Assembly: GCA_965214705.1 (NCBI GenBank)
Contig: OZ243972.1
Span: 512,001 to 576,000, forward strand
Source of the DNA: Alphaproteobacteria bacterium
GTDB lineage: Bacteria; Pseudomonadota; Alphaproteobacteria; UBA828
Length of the DNA: 64,000 bases
Direction of reading: 5' to 3'
In this document: in pieces, positions 20,689 to 31,835 of the stretch
Layout: each line of letters opens with the position of its first letter
How positions within the stretch are numbered: position 1 is the stretch's first letter
The notes under the pieces: model-generated
The model's input: only the letters and a program-made list of their open reading frames with translations
Told to the model about the DNA's origin: nothing
The model's database searches: none
Program-made: the position numbers and the translations under genes

Positions 20689-22188
20689 ATGACTGCAACG
20701 CTCACTCACTGGATCAACGGCGCCGCCCAGGCGGGCGCGTCCGGGCGCTTCGGCGATGTATACAACCCGGCCGCCGGCGAGGTGGTCGCGCGCGTGCCCT
20801 TCGCCAGTCCCGACGAGGTGGAGAGCGCCGTGCAAGCGGCGGCAGAGGCCGCACCCGGCTGGGCCGCAACGCCCCCCATTCAGCGCGCGCGGGTGATCTT
20901 CGCCTTCAAGGAGCTGGTCGAGAGCCGCAAGGAGGACTTGGCCCGAGTGATAACGCGCGAGCACGGCAAGGTGCTCTCGGACGCGATGGGCTCCGTCTCC
21001 CGCGGGATGGAGGTGCTGGAGTTCGCCTGCGGCATCCCGCACCTGCTCAGGGGCGACTTCACCCAGTCGGTGGGCACCGGCGTCGACAGCTTCTCCAGCC
21101 GGCAGCCCCTCGGCGTGGTCGCCGGGATCACGCCCTTCAACTTCCCGGCCATGGTGCCGATGTGGATGTTCCCGGTGGCCATCGCCTGCGGCAACACGTT
21201 CATCCTCAAGCCGTCGGAGAAGGACCCCACAGCCTCGATGATGCTCGCCGAATGGCTGGCGGAGGCTGGCTGCCCCGACGGCGTGTTCAACGTCGTTCAC
21301 GGCGACAAGGAGGCGGTGGACGCGATTCTTGCTCACCCGGACATCGCCGCGGTGAGCTTCGTCGGCTCCACGCCCATCGCCGAGTATGTCTATCACACTG
21401 GTTGCGCCCACGGTAAGCGGGTGCAGGCGTTGGGCGGCGCCAAGAACCACGCGGTTGTCATGCCGGATGCCGACCTCACCATGGCGAGCGATGCCCTCAT
21501 CGGCGCGGCCTACGGCTCCGCCGGCGAGCGCTGCATGGCGGTCTCGGTCGCCGTCGCCATCGGCGACAAGGTGGGCGATGCGCTGATCGAGGACCTCAAG
21601 CCCAAGATCGAGAGCATCAAGGTGGGGCCCGGCACCGACGGCGAGGCAGACATGGGGCCGTTGGTGACCAAGGCGCACTACGACAAGGTGCGGGGCTACG
21701 TGGACATCGGGGTCGACGAAGGCGCGGAGCTGGTGATCGACGGCCGCGACCTCTCGCTCCAGGGCTACGAGAACGGCTACTTCATCGGGCCCTGCCTGTT
21801 CGACCGGGTCACGCCCGACATGCGCATCTACCAGGAGGAGATTTTCGGGCCGGTACTCTCGGTGGTCCGTGCGCCCGACTACGACGCCGCGGTGCAGATG
21901 GTGAACGAGCACGAGTTCGGCAACGGGGTCGCCATCTTCACCCGCGACGGTGACGCTGCGCGCGAGTTCGCGAACAAGGTCGAAATCGGCATGGTCGGCG
22001 TCAACGTGCCGATCCCCGTGCCGGTCGCCTACCACAGCTTCGGCGGCTGGAAGCGCTCTCTCTTCGGCGACCACGCCATGCACGGCATGGAGGGCGTGCG
22101 CTTCTACACCAAGCTCAAGACCGTGACCTCGCGCTGGCCGACCGGTATCCGTTCGGGCATCGACCTCTCCTTCCCCATGATGTCGTAA
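20689..22188 (+). CDS. mmsA: CoA-acylating (methyl)malonate-semialdehyde dehydrogenase
   Basis: ITPFNFPAMVPMWMFP, GGAKNH, GSAGERCMA, VGVNVPIPVP. Confidence 0.95.
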   Translation: MTATLTHWINGAAQAGASGRFGDVYNPAAGEVVARVPFASPDEVESAVQAAAEAAPGWAATPPIQRARVIFAFKELVESRKEDLARVITREHGKVLSDAMGSVSRGMEVLEFACGIPHLLRGDFTQSVGTGVDSFSSRQPLGVVAGITPFNFPAMVPMWMFPVAIACGNTFILKPSEKDPTASMMLAEWLAEAGCPDGVFNVVHGDKEAVDAILAHPDIAAVSFVGSTPIAEYVYHTGCAHGKRVQALGGAKNHAVVMPDADLTMASDALIGAAYGSAGERCMAVSVAVAIGDKVGDALIEDLKPKIESIKVGPGTDGEADMGPLVTKAHYDKVRGYVDIGVDEGAELVIDGRDLSLQGYENGYFIGPCLFDRVTPDMRIYQEEIFGPVLSVVRAPDYDAAVQMVNEHEFGNGVAIFTRDGDAAREFANKVEIGMVGVNVPIPVPVAYHSFGGWKRSLFGDHAMHGMEGVRFYTKLKTVTSRWPTGIRSGIDLSFPMMS

Positions 22189-22225
22189 GGCTGCGACGGC
22201 CGGGGTCGCAGGAGAGCCGGGAGCG

Positions 22226-23635
22226 ATGAGCAACGACGACCTCTCCTACCTCTCGGCGACGGAGGCGGCCGCACTCATTCGGGACGGCTCGCTCTCGCCC
22301 GTGGACCTGGTGACGAACGCGCTCGCGCGCATCGAAGAGGTCAACCCGACGCTCAACTGCTTCTGCTTCACGTACCCGGCGGAAGCCATCGAGCAGGCAC
22401 GGGCGGCGGAGCAGGCAATCGCTGCAGGCGCAGACGTGGGCCCCCTGCACGGCGTGCCCATCGCCATCAAGGACCTCACGCCCACCAGGGGCAAGACGAC
22501 CACCTTCGGCTCCCACGCCTACAAGGATTGGGTGCCCGACTACGACGCCCTCGTGGTGCAGCGCCTGCGCGATGCGGGCGCCATCATGGTGGGCAAGACC
22601 ACGACGCCCGAATTCGCCTTCTCCAGCCTCACCGACAGCCCGCTCTGGGGCATCACCCGCAATCCGTGGAACCCCGACCATACGCCGGGCGGCTCGTCCG
22701 GCGGCTCCGCCGCTGCCGTGGCCGCCGGTTGCGTGCCGCTAGCGGAAGGCTCGGACGCCGGCGGCTCGGTGCGCATCCCTGCCTCGCACAGCGGCTGCGT
22801 GGGGCTGAAGCCGAGCTCGGGCCGAATTCCGTTCGAATTCCTGCCGACCCAGTTCGACTACATGTGCTGCCACGGCCCGCTCTCACGGACCGTCGCGGAC
22901 GCTGCGTTGTTCCTGAATCTCTGCCAGGGGCCGGACGAACGCGACCTCAACACGTTGACGCCGGCTCTCGTAATCAACGTGCCGCCGCCGAGCGACGTTC
23001 GTGGCCTCCGCCTCGCGCTCTCCATCGACCTTGGCTACTACCGGATCGACCCGGACGTCGAAGCGAACACCCGCGCGGCTGCCGAGGCCCTGGAACAAGC
23101 GGGAGCGAAGATCGAGCCCGTCGAGCTCGGCTGGAGTGCGGCCTTCAACGAGGCGTGGTGGGCCTATTGGGGCGTGTTCCAGGCCACGCACTTCGGCCAC
23201 CACCTGGAGCGCTGGCGGGACAAGATGCACCCCTCCGTCGTCGCGTCGATGGAGGAAGGCCTGAGCATGACAGCGGTCGAGCTGATGAAGACCGAGACCA
23301 TTTACACCGAGTCCTGGAACAAGCTCCGCCCCATCCTTGAGCGCTGCGACGCCCTGCTCTGCCCGACCGAGGCGATTCCGGCGCCGACCGTCGATTACGA
23401 CGAACTCGGCTCCATGGGCGACGATGCGGACGGCCGGCACCAGAGCATGGACATGACGATGCAGTTCAACGCCCTCAAGCTGCCTGCGCTCTCGGTTCCC
23501 TCGGGCTTCTCCGCAGAGGGGCTGCCCACGGGCCTGCAGATCGTCGGCCGCCGCTTCGACGACCTGACTGTGCTGCGCATCGGCGCCGCGCTCGAAGAGG
23601 CGCGCCCCTGGCGCCAACACCGGCCGCCCTTGTAA
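22226..23635 (+). CDS. Amidase-signature family amidase
   Basis: GVPIAIKD, GGSSGGSAAAVA, GSDAGGSVRIPA. Confidence 0.93.
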   Translation: MSNDDLSYLSATEAAALIRDGSLSPVDLVTNALARIEEVNPTLNCFCFTYPAEAIEQARAAEQAIAAGADVGPLHGVPIAIKDLTPTRGKTTTFGSHAYKDWVPDYDALVVQRLRDAGAIMVGKTTTPEFAFSSLTDSPLWGITRNPWNPDHTPGGSSGGSAAAVAAGCVPLAEGSDAGGSVRIPASHSGCVGLKPSSGRIPFEFLPTQFDYMCCHGPLSRTVADAALFLNLCQGPDERDLNTLTPALVINVPPPSDVRGLRLALSIDLGYYRIDPDVEANTRAAAEALEQAGAKIEPVELGWSAAFNEAWWAYWGVFQATHFGHHLERWRDKMHPSVVASMEEGLSMTAVELMKTETIYTESWNKLRPILERCDALLCPTEAIPAPTVDYDELGSMGDDADGRHQSMDMTMQFNALKLPALSVPSGFSAEGLPTGLQIVGRRFDDLTVLRIGAALEEARPWRQHRPPL

Positions 23636-23719
23636 GGAAACGAGTGCCTCGCACACCGTGGCCCTAGTAGGCGTTCCGGGCTAGGCTGCCGGCTTCGGTG
23701 TAGCGAGGGAGCGGCGGCG

Positions 23720-24592
23720 ATGGCGACGGTGAAGGCCGGGCTCATCCAGATGAGCCTCAAGGGCGAGGTCGAGCACGACACGCCCGAGCAGATCAGCGAG
23801 AAGATGATCGCAGCCCACTTGCCCCTGATCGAGCAAGCGGCGAGCGAAGGCGTGCAAGTTCTGGGCCTGCAGGAGCTCTTCAACCTGCCCTACATCGGCG
23901 CGGTGCAGGACAACTCCTGGTACCGCACCGCGGAGCGGGTGCCCGACGGGCCCACGGTCCAGCGCATGCGGACGGAAGCCGCGCGCCTCGGCATAGCGAT
24001 GGTGGTGCCTGTCTATGAGGAGGCGCAGACTGGCGTCTACTACAACACCGCCGCCGTGATCGACGCAGACGGGCGCTACCTCGGCAAGTTCCGCAAGATT
24101 CACATCCCCCACGTCGTCGGTTTCTGCGAGAAATACTACTTCAAGCCGGGCGACATCGGCTATCCGGTCTTCGAGACCGCATTCTGCAAGGTCGGCGTCT
24201 ACATCTGCTACGACCGGCACTTCCCCGAAGGCTGGCGCGAGCTCGCCATGAACGGCGCCGAGGTGATCTTCAACCCGTCCGCGACCGCGCGGGGCCTGAG
24301 CGACCATCTCTGGAACCTGGAACAGCCGGCGGCTGCGGTGGCGAACTGCGTCTACATCGGCGCCAATAACCGCGTCGGCATGGAGGCGCCGTGGAACACC
24401 GGCTACTTCTACGGCTCCAGCTACTTCGTCAATCCGCGTGGCGAGATTCTCGACCAGGGGCCGGACGATCGGGATGCACTGGTCACGTCCGAGCTCGACC
24501 TCGCCATGATTGCCGAGGTGCGGGACGGGTGGAAATTCTATCGCGATCGCAGACCCGAGACCTACGGCGCAGTGGCGTCGTGGCAGGTCTGA
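23720..24592 (+). CDS. Nitrilase-superfamily C-N hydrolase (beta-ureidopropionase-like), paralog 1
   Basis: E-K-C triad: LQELFN, FRKIHIP, ICYDRHFPEGWR. Confidence 0.88.
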   Translation: MATVKAGLIQMSLKGEVEHDTPEQISEKMIAAHLPLIEQAASEGVQVLGLQELFNLPYIGAVQDNSWYRTAERVPDGPTVQRMRTEAARLGIAMVVPVYEEAQTGVYYNTAAVIDADGRYLGKFRKIHIPHVVGFCEKYYFKPGDIGYPVFETAFCKVGVYICYDRHFPEGWRELAMNGAEVIFNPSATARGLSDHLWNLEQPAAAVANCVYIGANNRVGMEAPWNTGYFYGSSYFVNPRGEILDQGPDDRDALVTSELDLAMIAEVRDGWKFYRDRRPETYGAVASWQV

Positions 24593-24616
24593 GCGGGCGA
24601 GCGAGAGGAGGTTTTC

Positions 24617-25486
24617 ATGCGCAAGGTCAAGGCAGCCCTCATTCAGATGAATCTGAAGGGGGATCCGGCGACGGACTCCATCGAGACGATCCGAGACAAC
24701 ATGATCGCTGCCCACTTAGCGCTGATCGAGGAGGCCGCGCGGCAGGGCGTGCAGGTTCTGGGTCTCCAGGAGGTCTTCAACGCGCCCTACTTCCCCGCCA
24801 CCATCGACGACAAGTGGTTCGAGTCCGCCGAGGCGGTGCCGGACGGGCCCACCACCCAGGCGATGTGCGACGCGGCCAAGAAGCACGGCCTGGTCATCGT
24901 CTCGCCGGTCTACGAGCGCGATCACAATGGCAAGTTCTATAACACCGCCGCGGTGATCGATGCGGATGGCAGCTACCTCGGCAAGTTCCGCAAGATTCAC
25001 ATCCCGAAGATCGGGCCCTACGACGAGAAGTATTATTTCGCTTACGGCGATCTCGGCTACCCGGTGTTCGATACGGCCGTCGGCAAGGTCGGGGTCTATA
25101 TCTGCTACGACCGCCACTTCCCCGAAGGCTGGCGCGCGCTTGCGTTGGGCGGCGCGGAGCTGGTGTTCAACCCGTCGGCGACCTTCAAGGGCCTCAGCGA
25201 CCACATCTGGAACCTGGAGCAGGTGGGTGCCGCCATCGCCAACGGCATCTTCATCGGCACCAACAACCGGGTCGGCACGGAGCCCAGCTTCGGCAACCAC
25301 GTGTTCTACGGCTCCAGCTACTTCTGCAATCCGCGCGGCGAGATCCTGGCGCAAGGCGGCGACCAGGACGACGAGCTGGTGATTGCCGAGCTCGACCTCG
25401 ACCAGATTCGCGAGGTCCGCGACACGTGGCAGTTCTTCCGCGACCGCCGGCCCGAGACCTACCAGCACTGCGCCCGGCAACCGTGA
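24617..25486 (+). CDS. Nitrilase-superfamily C-N hydrolase (beta-ureidopropionase-like), paralog 2
   Basis: LQEVFN, FRKIHIP, ICYDRHFPEGWR, WQFFRDRRPETY. Confidence 0.88.
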   Translation: MRKVKAALIQMNLKGDPATDSIETIRDNMIAAHLALIEEAARQGVQVLGLQEVFNAPYFPATIDDKWFESAEAVPDGPTTQAMCDAAKKHGLVIVSPVYERDHNGKFYNTAAVIDADGSYLGKFRKIHIPKIGPYDEKYYFAYGDLGYPVFDTAVGKVGVYICYDRHFPEGWRALALGGAELVFNPSATFKGLSDHIWNLEQVGAAIANGIFIGTNNRVGTEPSFGNHVFYGSSYFCNPRGEILAQGGDQDDELVIAELDLDQIREVRDTWQFFRDRRPETYQHCARQP

Positions 25487-25500
25487 CACACCTGCGCGCT

Positions 25501-25533
25501 TAGAGCGTGTCTGTCTTAGACGGACACGCGCTA
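25501..25533. terminator. Hairpin between convergent genes (terminator or REP-like)
   Basis: TAGAGCGTGTCTGTC-TTA-GACGGACACGCGCTA imperfect palindrome. Confidence 0.45.
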
Positions 25534-25551
25534 GGCCGCGATCAGCGCTGG

Positions 25552-26367
25552 TCAGACGCCACAGGCGGGGTCCGGGGGAATCGAGCTGGAGTCTGCGGCA
25601 GAAGCACCCAAGCGGGAGGCGGCCCGAGCCCGCGCGGCGTCTCCGAATGCGCCGAAGATCGCCGTCGAGAACGCATCCTCCGTCACCTTCCACTCCGGGT
25701 GCCATTGGACGCCGAGCGCGAATGAAGGGGCGTCGCTGACGCGTACCGCCTCGATCTGGCCGTCAGGTGCGACCGCCTCGATCGCGAGCCGGGGCGCGGG
25801 GCTGTTGATCCCCTGGGCATGCAGCGAATTGACCATGACCTCTGGCGCGGGCCAGAGCGACGCCAGCAGCCCGTCGGCAGTCAACGTCACTTCGTGGATC
25901 GACCCGTACTGCACGTCGCGGGGCTGGTCTTCGTCCGAGCGATGGTCCATCCGCCCCGGCAGGTTGTGAACCTCCTGATGGAGACTGCCGCCGAGGGCGA
26001 CGTTGAGCTCCTGGAAGCCGCGGCAAATGCACAGAATGGGAATCCCTGCGTCGATCGCGCTGCGGATCAAGGGCAGCGTGGTGGCGTCGCGCTCCGGGTC
26101 GTGGAGCGTGCCGTCGGCGCTCGGTAGCCCATCGTAGTGGACGGGCTCCACATTGGAGGGGCTCCCGGTAAAGAGCAGGCCGTCGCAGCGGTCCAGCACC
26201 GCGTCCTGGTCCAGCGCCCCGCCGAGTGCGGGTACAGCCACGGGTAGCCCGCCGGCAGCGTCTACCACTGCTCGCATGTACTTGTCGCCGACGACGTGGA
26301 AGGGGTGGATGCCGATATCCCGCACGCAGGCGGGGAGGCCGATCAGGGGAACCGGCGGCGCGGTCAT
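25552..26367 (-). CDS. Gamma-glutamyl-gamma-aminobutyrate hydrolase family (peptidase C26)
   Basis: GLLFTGSPSNV, CICRGFQELNVALGG, VNSLHAQG, GVQWHPE. Confidence 0.9.
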   Translation of the reverse strand: MTAPPVPLIGLPACVRDIGIHPFHVVGDKYMRAVVDAAGGLPVAVPALGGALDQDAVLDRCDGLLFTGSPSNVEPVHYDGLPSADGTLHDPERDATTLPLIRSAIDAGIPILCICRGFQELNVALGGSLHQEVHNLPGRMDHRSDEDQPRDVQYGSIHEVTLTADGLLASLWPAPEVMVNSLHAQGINSPAPRLAIEAVAPDGQIEAVRVSDAPSFALGVQWHPEWKVTEDAFSTAIFGAFGDAARARAASRLGASAADSSSIPPDPACGV

Positions 26368-26373
26368 GCCGGC

Positions 26374-27714
26374 TCAGCTATCACGGGGCTCGCCGGCGGA
26401 CAAGAAGCCGCCGCGCCGTTGGATGCCCAGATAGATGGCGCCGAGCCCCGCGCCCCGCACCACGTAAAGCAGCGTCATCGCGAGCCAGAGCCCGTGATTG
26501 CCTAGCGGCTCGCGCAGCAGCCAGGCGCAGGGTGTGAAGACCGCGAACGCCAGGATCATGTTGTTCCGCATGTGGGCGGTGCGCGTGGTGCCGGTAAACA
26601 CGCCGTCGAGGAAGATGCCCCAGACCGCCACCAACGGCAGCGCAATCAACCAGGGCAGGAAGTCGTAAGCCAGGGCGCGCACTTCCTCGATATCCGTGAG
26701 CACGCGGATGATCGGTGCGCCGGCGAGGCCGTAGACAGCGACCGTGAGGAGGGCTAGCGCGAAGCACCACAAGAAGCAGGCCCGGATGGCTTGGGTTAGA
26801 TCGTCCCGCCGCCTGGCGCCGAGGGCGCGGCCGGTGAGCGCCTCGACGGCGAAGGCGAAGCCGTCGAACCCGAAGTTGAGGAAGATGACGAAGTTGAGCA
26901 GCACGGCATTCGCAGCGAGCACTACGCCGCCCTGGCGTGCACTCAATGTCGTGAACAGCGCGAACGCCGTGATCACGAAGAGCGTGCGCAGGAAGATGTC
27001 GCGGTTGATGCCGAGGAATCGCCGCATGGCGGCAGCGTCGAGTACGAGGCGCGCATGCCACCGGCCGCCGTGGCGTTGGGCAAGGCGTGCGGTGACGACG
27101 AGGCCGAGGATCAGCCCGGAGTAGTCGGCGGTTACCGTGGCCCACGCGACGCCGGGGACGCCGAGCTCGTAGACGAGCACCAGCACCAGGTCTAATACGA
27201 TGTTGATGCCGTTCACCGTCAGCAGCAGCGCGAGCGCCGCGCGGGTGTTCTGCATCCCGATGAACCAGCCGACGAGCGCGATGTTGGCGAGCGTGGCCAG
27301 CGCCCCCCAGACACGGATGAAGAAGTAGCGCATGCCCTCGTTGGCGACCGCCTCGCTCGGTTCGATCAGATAGAAGGCGAGCCAGCCGATCGGACCCTGC
27401 GCCGCCATGAGCACGACCGCGAGCACGAGCGCGATCAGGAGCGCACGAGCGAGCGTGGCGCGGGTCTCGTTCCGGTCGCGGGCGCCGAAGGCCTGGGCGG
27501 TGAGACCCGTGGTGCCCATGCGCAGGAAATTGCAGCCGAAATAGACGGTGTTGAAGATCAGTGCGCCGACCGCGACGGCACCGAGGAAGTGGGGCTCGGG
27601 CAGATGGCCGATCACCGCCGTATCGACCGCGCCGAGCAGCGGGATCGACAGGTTGGAGACCACCATCGGCCAGGCTAGGCGCCAGACCCGACGGTGCCAG
27701 GCCCACTCACTCAT
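26374..27714 (-). CDS. MATE-family efflux transporter (DinF-like)
   Basis: LAWPMVVSNLSIPLLGAVDTAVIGH, FLRMGTTGLTAQAFG, NHGLWLA. Confidence 0.9.
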   Translation of the reverse strand: MSEWAWHRRVWRLAWPMVVSNLSIPLLGAVDTAVIGHLPEPHFLGAVAVGALIFNTVYFGCNFLRMGTTGLTAQAFGARDRNETRATLARALLIALVLAVVLMAAQGPIGWLAFYLIEPSEAVANEGMRYFFIRVWGALATLANIALVGWFIGMQNTRAALALLLTVNGINIVLDLVLVLVYELGVPGVAWATVTADYSGLILGLVVTARLAQRHGGRWHARLVLDAAAMRRFLGINRDIFLRTLFVITAFALFTTLSARQGGVVLAANAVLLNFVIFLNFGFDGFAFAVEALTGRALGARRRDDLTQAIRACFLWCFALALLTVAVYGLAGAPIIRVLTDIEEVRALAYDFLPWLIALPLVAVWGIFLDGVFTGTTRTAHMRNNMILAFAVFTPCAWLLREPLGNHGLWLAMTLLYVVRGAGLGAIYLGIQRRGGFLSAGEPRDS

Positions 27715-27767
27715 TGGCAGCGACCGCCGCTTCAAGCCCTGCCTCCGAACGGCCGGGCGGCCGCGTA

Positions 27768-28427
27768 CTAGCGGTGCTGAGGACGCTTCGTGCGCGGATC
27801 GTCGAACACGAAGAGCCTGCGCGGCAGCCTGATATTGGTCTTGAGATCGTGCAGGGAGACGGTGGTCACGAGCCCCTGGGCATCGATCACCCGCCAATGT
27901 GTCAGGCGTAGCTGCTCGGTATCCAGGATCAGGGTCAGGCTCCCGCCCCTGGGATCGTCCTCGTGCACCACGGTGATCTCGATGCGCCCGTCGCGCTCTT
28001 CGACTGCGGTGACTTCCACGTCCTCGCCGAAGCGCGTCACTTCCCTGGTGAGCGCGCCGAGCGGGGTCTCGTAGATGAACCAATCGTTGACCTGGCCGAG
28101 CTCCTTGTCGTGATAGTGGATCCACAGCCCATCGCCCACGATCAGCACCGGCACCGGCGGTGCGTATTCCACGCGGAGCAGCCCCGGCCGGCGCATATGG
28201 ATCACCCCTTCAGCGACCTCGCCCTTCGGCCCTACCTGCGTGAAGTCCGCCCTCAGCGTTTGGAGCCCGTTGAGATAGCGCTCGACGGCGGCGAGCGTCT
28301 CCTCCTGCGCCTCGTCCAAGACGACGGAGGCAGACTGCTGGGCCTGCGCCGGCTGGGCGGTGGCAAGCCACGCGGCGAGAATCGGGGCGAGGCAGAGGAG
28401 CGCGGCAGCGCGGATCAATATCGGCAT
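27768..28427 (-). CDS. lolA: Outer-membrane lipoprotein carrier LolA-family protein
   Basis: Signal peptide; LRADFTQ, RPGLLRVEY, ETPL; directly downstream of ftsK. Confidence 0.85.
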   Translation of the reverse strand: MPILIRAAALLCLAPILAAWLATAQPAQAQQSASVVLDEAQEETLAAVERYLNGLQTLRADFTQVGPKGEVAEGVIHMRRPGLLRVEYAPPVPVLIVGDGLWIHYHDKELGQVNDWFIYETPLGALTREVTRFGEDVEVTAVEERDGRIEITVVHEDDPRGGSLTLILDTEQLRLTHWRVIDAQGLVTTVSLHDLKTNIRLPRRLFVFDDPRTKRPQHR

Positions 28428-28481
28428 GCCGTGGAATGTAGGGTGCGCGGGCAGCGCAAACAATCGTAGGCGACTCTGGAC

Positions 28482-30902
28482 TTAGTCGGCCGAGTGGTCG
28501 GAGACCAGCACCTCGCGCTTGCCGACATGGTTGGCCTGGCTGACGACGCCTTCGCTCTCCATCCGCTCGATGATCCGGGCAGCGCGGTTGTAACCGATCT
28601 GGAGATGGCGCTGCACGAAGCTGGTGGAGGCCTTGCGCTCGGCCGCGACCAGCGCCACGGCCCGATCGTAGAGCGGGTCCTCGTCGCCACCCTCGTCGAT
28701 CCCGACGGCGGTCGCTTCGGGCTCCTCGGTGATCCCCTCGATGTAGTTGGGACGCCCGTTGGCGCGCAGGAAGTCGGTCACCCGCTCGACTTCGGCATCG
28801 CTGACGAAGGGCCCGTGCACCCGCGCCACGCGCCCTCCGGCACCGAGATAGAGCATGTCGCCCTGGCCCAGCAGCTGCTCGGCGCCCGCTTCGCCGAGGA
28901 TGGTGCGGCTGTCGATCTTGGACGTGACCTGGAAGCTGATCCGCGTCGGAAAGTTGGCCTTGATCGTGCCGGTGATGACGTCGACCGAGGGCCGCTGCGT
29001 CGCCATGATCAGGTGGATGCCGGCGGCGCGCGCCATCTGCGCCAGCCTCTGCACCGCGCCCTCGATATCCTTGCCGGCGACGAGCATGAGGTCGGCCATC
29101 TCATCGACGACCACGACGATGAACGGCATCGGCGTGAGGTCGATCTCGAATTCTTCGTGGATCGGCGCGCCGGTCTCGGCATCCATGCCGACGTTGACCC
29201 GCCAGGTGAGCTGCTCGCCCTTCGCGCGGGCTTCGGCGAGCCGCTTGTTGTAGCCGGAGATATTGCGCACCCCGAGCTTCGACATTGCCTTGTAGCGGGA
29301 CTCCATCTCCCGCACCGTCCACTTCAGCGCGACGACCGCCTTGGCCGGCTCGGTCACCACCGGCGTAAGCAGGTGCGGGATGTCGTCGTAGACCGAAAGC
29401 TCCAGCATCTTGGGGTCGATGAGGATCAGCTTGCACTGGTCCGGCGGCAGCCGATAGAGCAGCGACAGGATCATGCTGTTGATCGCGACCGACTTGCCCG
29501 AGCCGGTGGTACCGGCGACCAGCAGGTGGGGCATGCGCGCGAGGTCGGCTACCACGGGGTTGCCGCCGATGTCCTTGCCGAGCGCGAGTGTGAGGCTGTA
29601 CTCGGTGCTCTCGTAAGCGGCACTCGCCAGCAGCTCGCGCAGCAGCACGGTTTCGCGTTGGCCGTTGGGAAGCTCGATGCCGATGACGCTGCGCCCCGGA
29701 ATCGTCGCCGCACGGACCGAAATCGCGCTCATCGAACGCGCGATGTCGTCGGCGAGCCCGATCACCCGCGAGGTGCGCGTGCCGGGCTGCGGCTCAAGCT
29801 CGTAGAGCGTGACCACGGGCCCAGGTCTGACCTGCATGATCTCTCCGAAGACTCGGAAATCCTCGAGCACGGAGACCAGCATCTCCGCGTTCTGCTTGAG
29901 CGCGTCTTCGCTCGCGTTGGGCGCCGCGTTGGCGCCATCCGCGTCGGCGAGAAGCGCGAGCGCCGGCAACGTGTATTCTGCGCTGTCCTCAAGATCGAGT
30001 GCGGGCTGACGCTCCTTCTTCTCCCGCTTGCCGGGCTTCACCCTGCGTCGAGGCTTCTCGACGATGCTGGGCTCGGTCGGCCGCTCCTCAATCTCCCCTG
30101 GCGCCGGCGGAAGCAAGCTCGGCTCGCGTCGCCGTGTGGTTTTCTCGGCAGATCGGGCGAGGCGGCGTGGTTTGCGTGCGGGGGCGGTCTCCTCGTCGTC
30201 CTCGACACCGGCCGCCCGATCGCCGCTCCTGCCGGAGGACCAGCGGAGAGCCCAGACGGCGCAGAGGACCACGCCGCGCAAGAGCCAATAGGCGCCCCGG
30301 AACAGCGCGCGCCATTCGCGCCACGGCACGCCGAGCGCGAAGACCAGAGCAACAGCGGCAGCGATCAGGAAGACCGCACCGACGCCGGCGGCGGCCATTC
30401 CGGAACCGCCTCCCAAATCGAGGCCGTCGAGCCCGAGTGGGCCAAGCGCGGAGAGCACCATCTTGCCGGCGGCCCCGCCGGCGCCAGCCGCAGTCGGCCA
30501 GTCGGCAATGCCCACCGATGCGCAGCCGATGGCGGCGAGCAGGATGGAGAGAGGCGCCAGGGCGAAGCGCACCAGCCGCCGGTTCAGCCCGCGGTGACTG
30601 AGCAGGGCCCAAGCCCAGGCCGCGAGGATCGCCGGCACCAGAGCAGCGGCAAGGCCGAACCACTGCAGTAAAAGGTCCGCACCGTAGGCACCGGGGCGGC
30701 CGATCAGATTGGCCGACGCGTTGCTGCTGGCGCTGTTAAAGGAGGAGTCGGCCGCAGAATAGCTGACCAGGGCGACCGCGATGACGGCGGCGAGGGCGAT
30801 GAGCGCGAGCCCCGCCAGTTCACTCAAACGGCGGGCAAAGAACGGCCCCGAGCCCGAAGGAAGGAGAGGCGTGCGCGCATCGCGTGCGGCGGTCGCTACC
30901 AA
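28482..30902 (-). CDS. ftsK: DNA translocase FtsK
   Basis: N-terminal TM segments, [26 protein letters not shown], gamma domain [11 protein letters not shown]. Confidence 0.97.
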   Translation of the reverse strand: MVATAARDARTPLLPSGSGPFFARRLSELAGLALIALAAVIAVALVSYSAADSSFNSASSNASANLIGRPGAYGADLLLQWFGLAAALVPAILAAWAWALLSHRGLNRRLVRFALAPLSILLAAIGCASVGIADWPTAAGAGGAAGKMVLSALGPLGLDGLDLGGGSGMAAAGVGAVFLIAAAVALVFALGVPWREWRALFRGAYWLLRGVVLCAVWALRWSSGRSGDRAAGVEDDEETAPARKPRRLARSAEKTTRRREPSLLPPAPGEIEERPTEPSIVEKPRRRVKPGKREKKERQPALDLEDSAEYTLPALALLADADGANAAPNASEDALKQNAEMLVSVLEDFRVFGEIMQVRPGPVVTLYELEPQPGTRTSRVIGLADDIARSMSAISVRAATIPGRSVIGIELPNGQRETVLLRELLASAAYESTEYSLTLALGKDIGGNPVVADLARMPHLLVAGTTGSGKSVAINSMILSLLYRLPPDQCKLILIDPKMLELSVYDDIPHLLTPVVTEPAKAVVALKWTVREMESRYKAMSKLGVRNISGYNKRLAEARAKGEQLTWRVNVGMDAETGAPIHEEFEIDLTPMPFIVVVVDEMADLMLVAGKDIEGAVQRLAQMARAAGIHLIMATQRPSVDVITGTIKANFPTRISFQVTSKIDSRTILGEAGAEQLLGQGDMLYLGAGGRVARVHGPFVSDAEVERVTDFLRANGRPNYIEGITEEPEATAVGIDEGGDEDPLYDRAVALVAAERKASTSFVQRHLQIGYNRAARIIERMESEGVVSQANHVGKREVLVSDHSAD

Positions 30903-30957
30903 CGAGGGCTCCTGCAGACGTCCGGTACCGAATCAAACATCGCACACATTACAGAGG

Positions 30958-30986
30958 GTTATATAGTTTAGTTACAGAGAAGTCAA
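30958..30986 (-). promoter_or_regulatory. Putative sigma70 promoter of ftsK
   Basis: TTGACT-N17-TATAAC on the minus strand in an AT-rich intergenic stretch. Confidence 0.55.
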
Positions 30987-31031
30987 AGCTACAGCCGCGT
31001 GTGGACCAAACCAAGTACATGAAAGTGGACG

Positions 31032-31835
31032 ATGCTCCATCCCGTCGTCACGCCCTGGGACCACCACGCCGCCCCGACCCTCGCCGGGCTCGCGGCCGGC
31101 AAGCACGTCCTGGTCGAGAAGCCTATGGCATCGACGGTGGAGGACTGCCAGCGCATGTGCGATGCCGCGCGCGATGGCGACGCCATCCTCATGGTGGGCC
31201 ATATCTGCCGCTTCAACCCGCGCTATATCGCCGCCAAGCGCGAGATCGACGCGGGCCAGATCGGCAAGGTGGTCGCGATCAACGCCCGGCGCAACGTGCC
31301 GGCGCGGTGGGTGATCGATCAGCTCGAGACGATCGGCCCCATTCTGCACACCTGCTCCCACGATACCGACATGATGCTATGGTTGACCGGAGCGAAGGTC
31401 GTGAGCACCTACGCACAGACCGTCAACTCGCTTGGCTGTCAGTATGACGACGTGGCCCAGCTCATGTACCGCTTCGACAACGGCGCGAGCGCGCTCTACG
31501 AGGGTGCCTGGTGCATGCCGGACGGCTCGCCCTTCGAGCTCGACGAGCGCATGTCGGTGATCGGCACCGAGGGCTTCATCCACATCCAGGACACCTTCCC
31601 CAACATCGCCGTCTGCTCAAAGGAGGGCTTCAGGAGCCCGGACACGACCTATTGGCCGGAGCTGCACGGCGTTACGGGCGGTGCGTTGCACGAGGAATGG
31701 TCTTACTTCGCGCGCTGCGTCCGCGAGGGCACGCGCCCGGCGTTGATCACGCCGGAGGAAGCGATGGAGGTTGTGCGGACCGTGCTCGCGGCACATGAAT
31801 CGGCGACCAGCGGCACGGTGGTGAGGCTGGAGTGA
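31032..31835 (+). pseudogene. Gfo/Idh/MocA oxidoreductase lacking its N-terminal Rossmann motif
   Basis: Begins near VVTP...GKHVLVEKPMA; no GxGxxG segment upstream. Confidence 0.65.
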
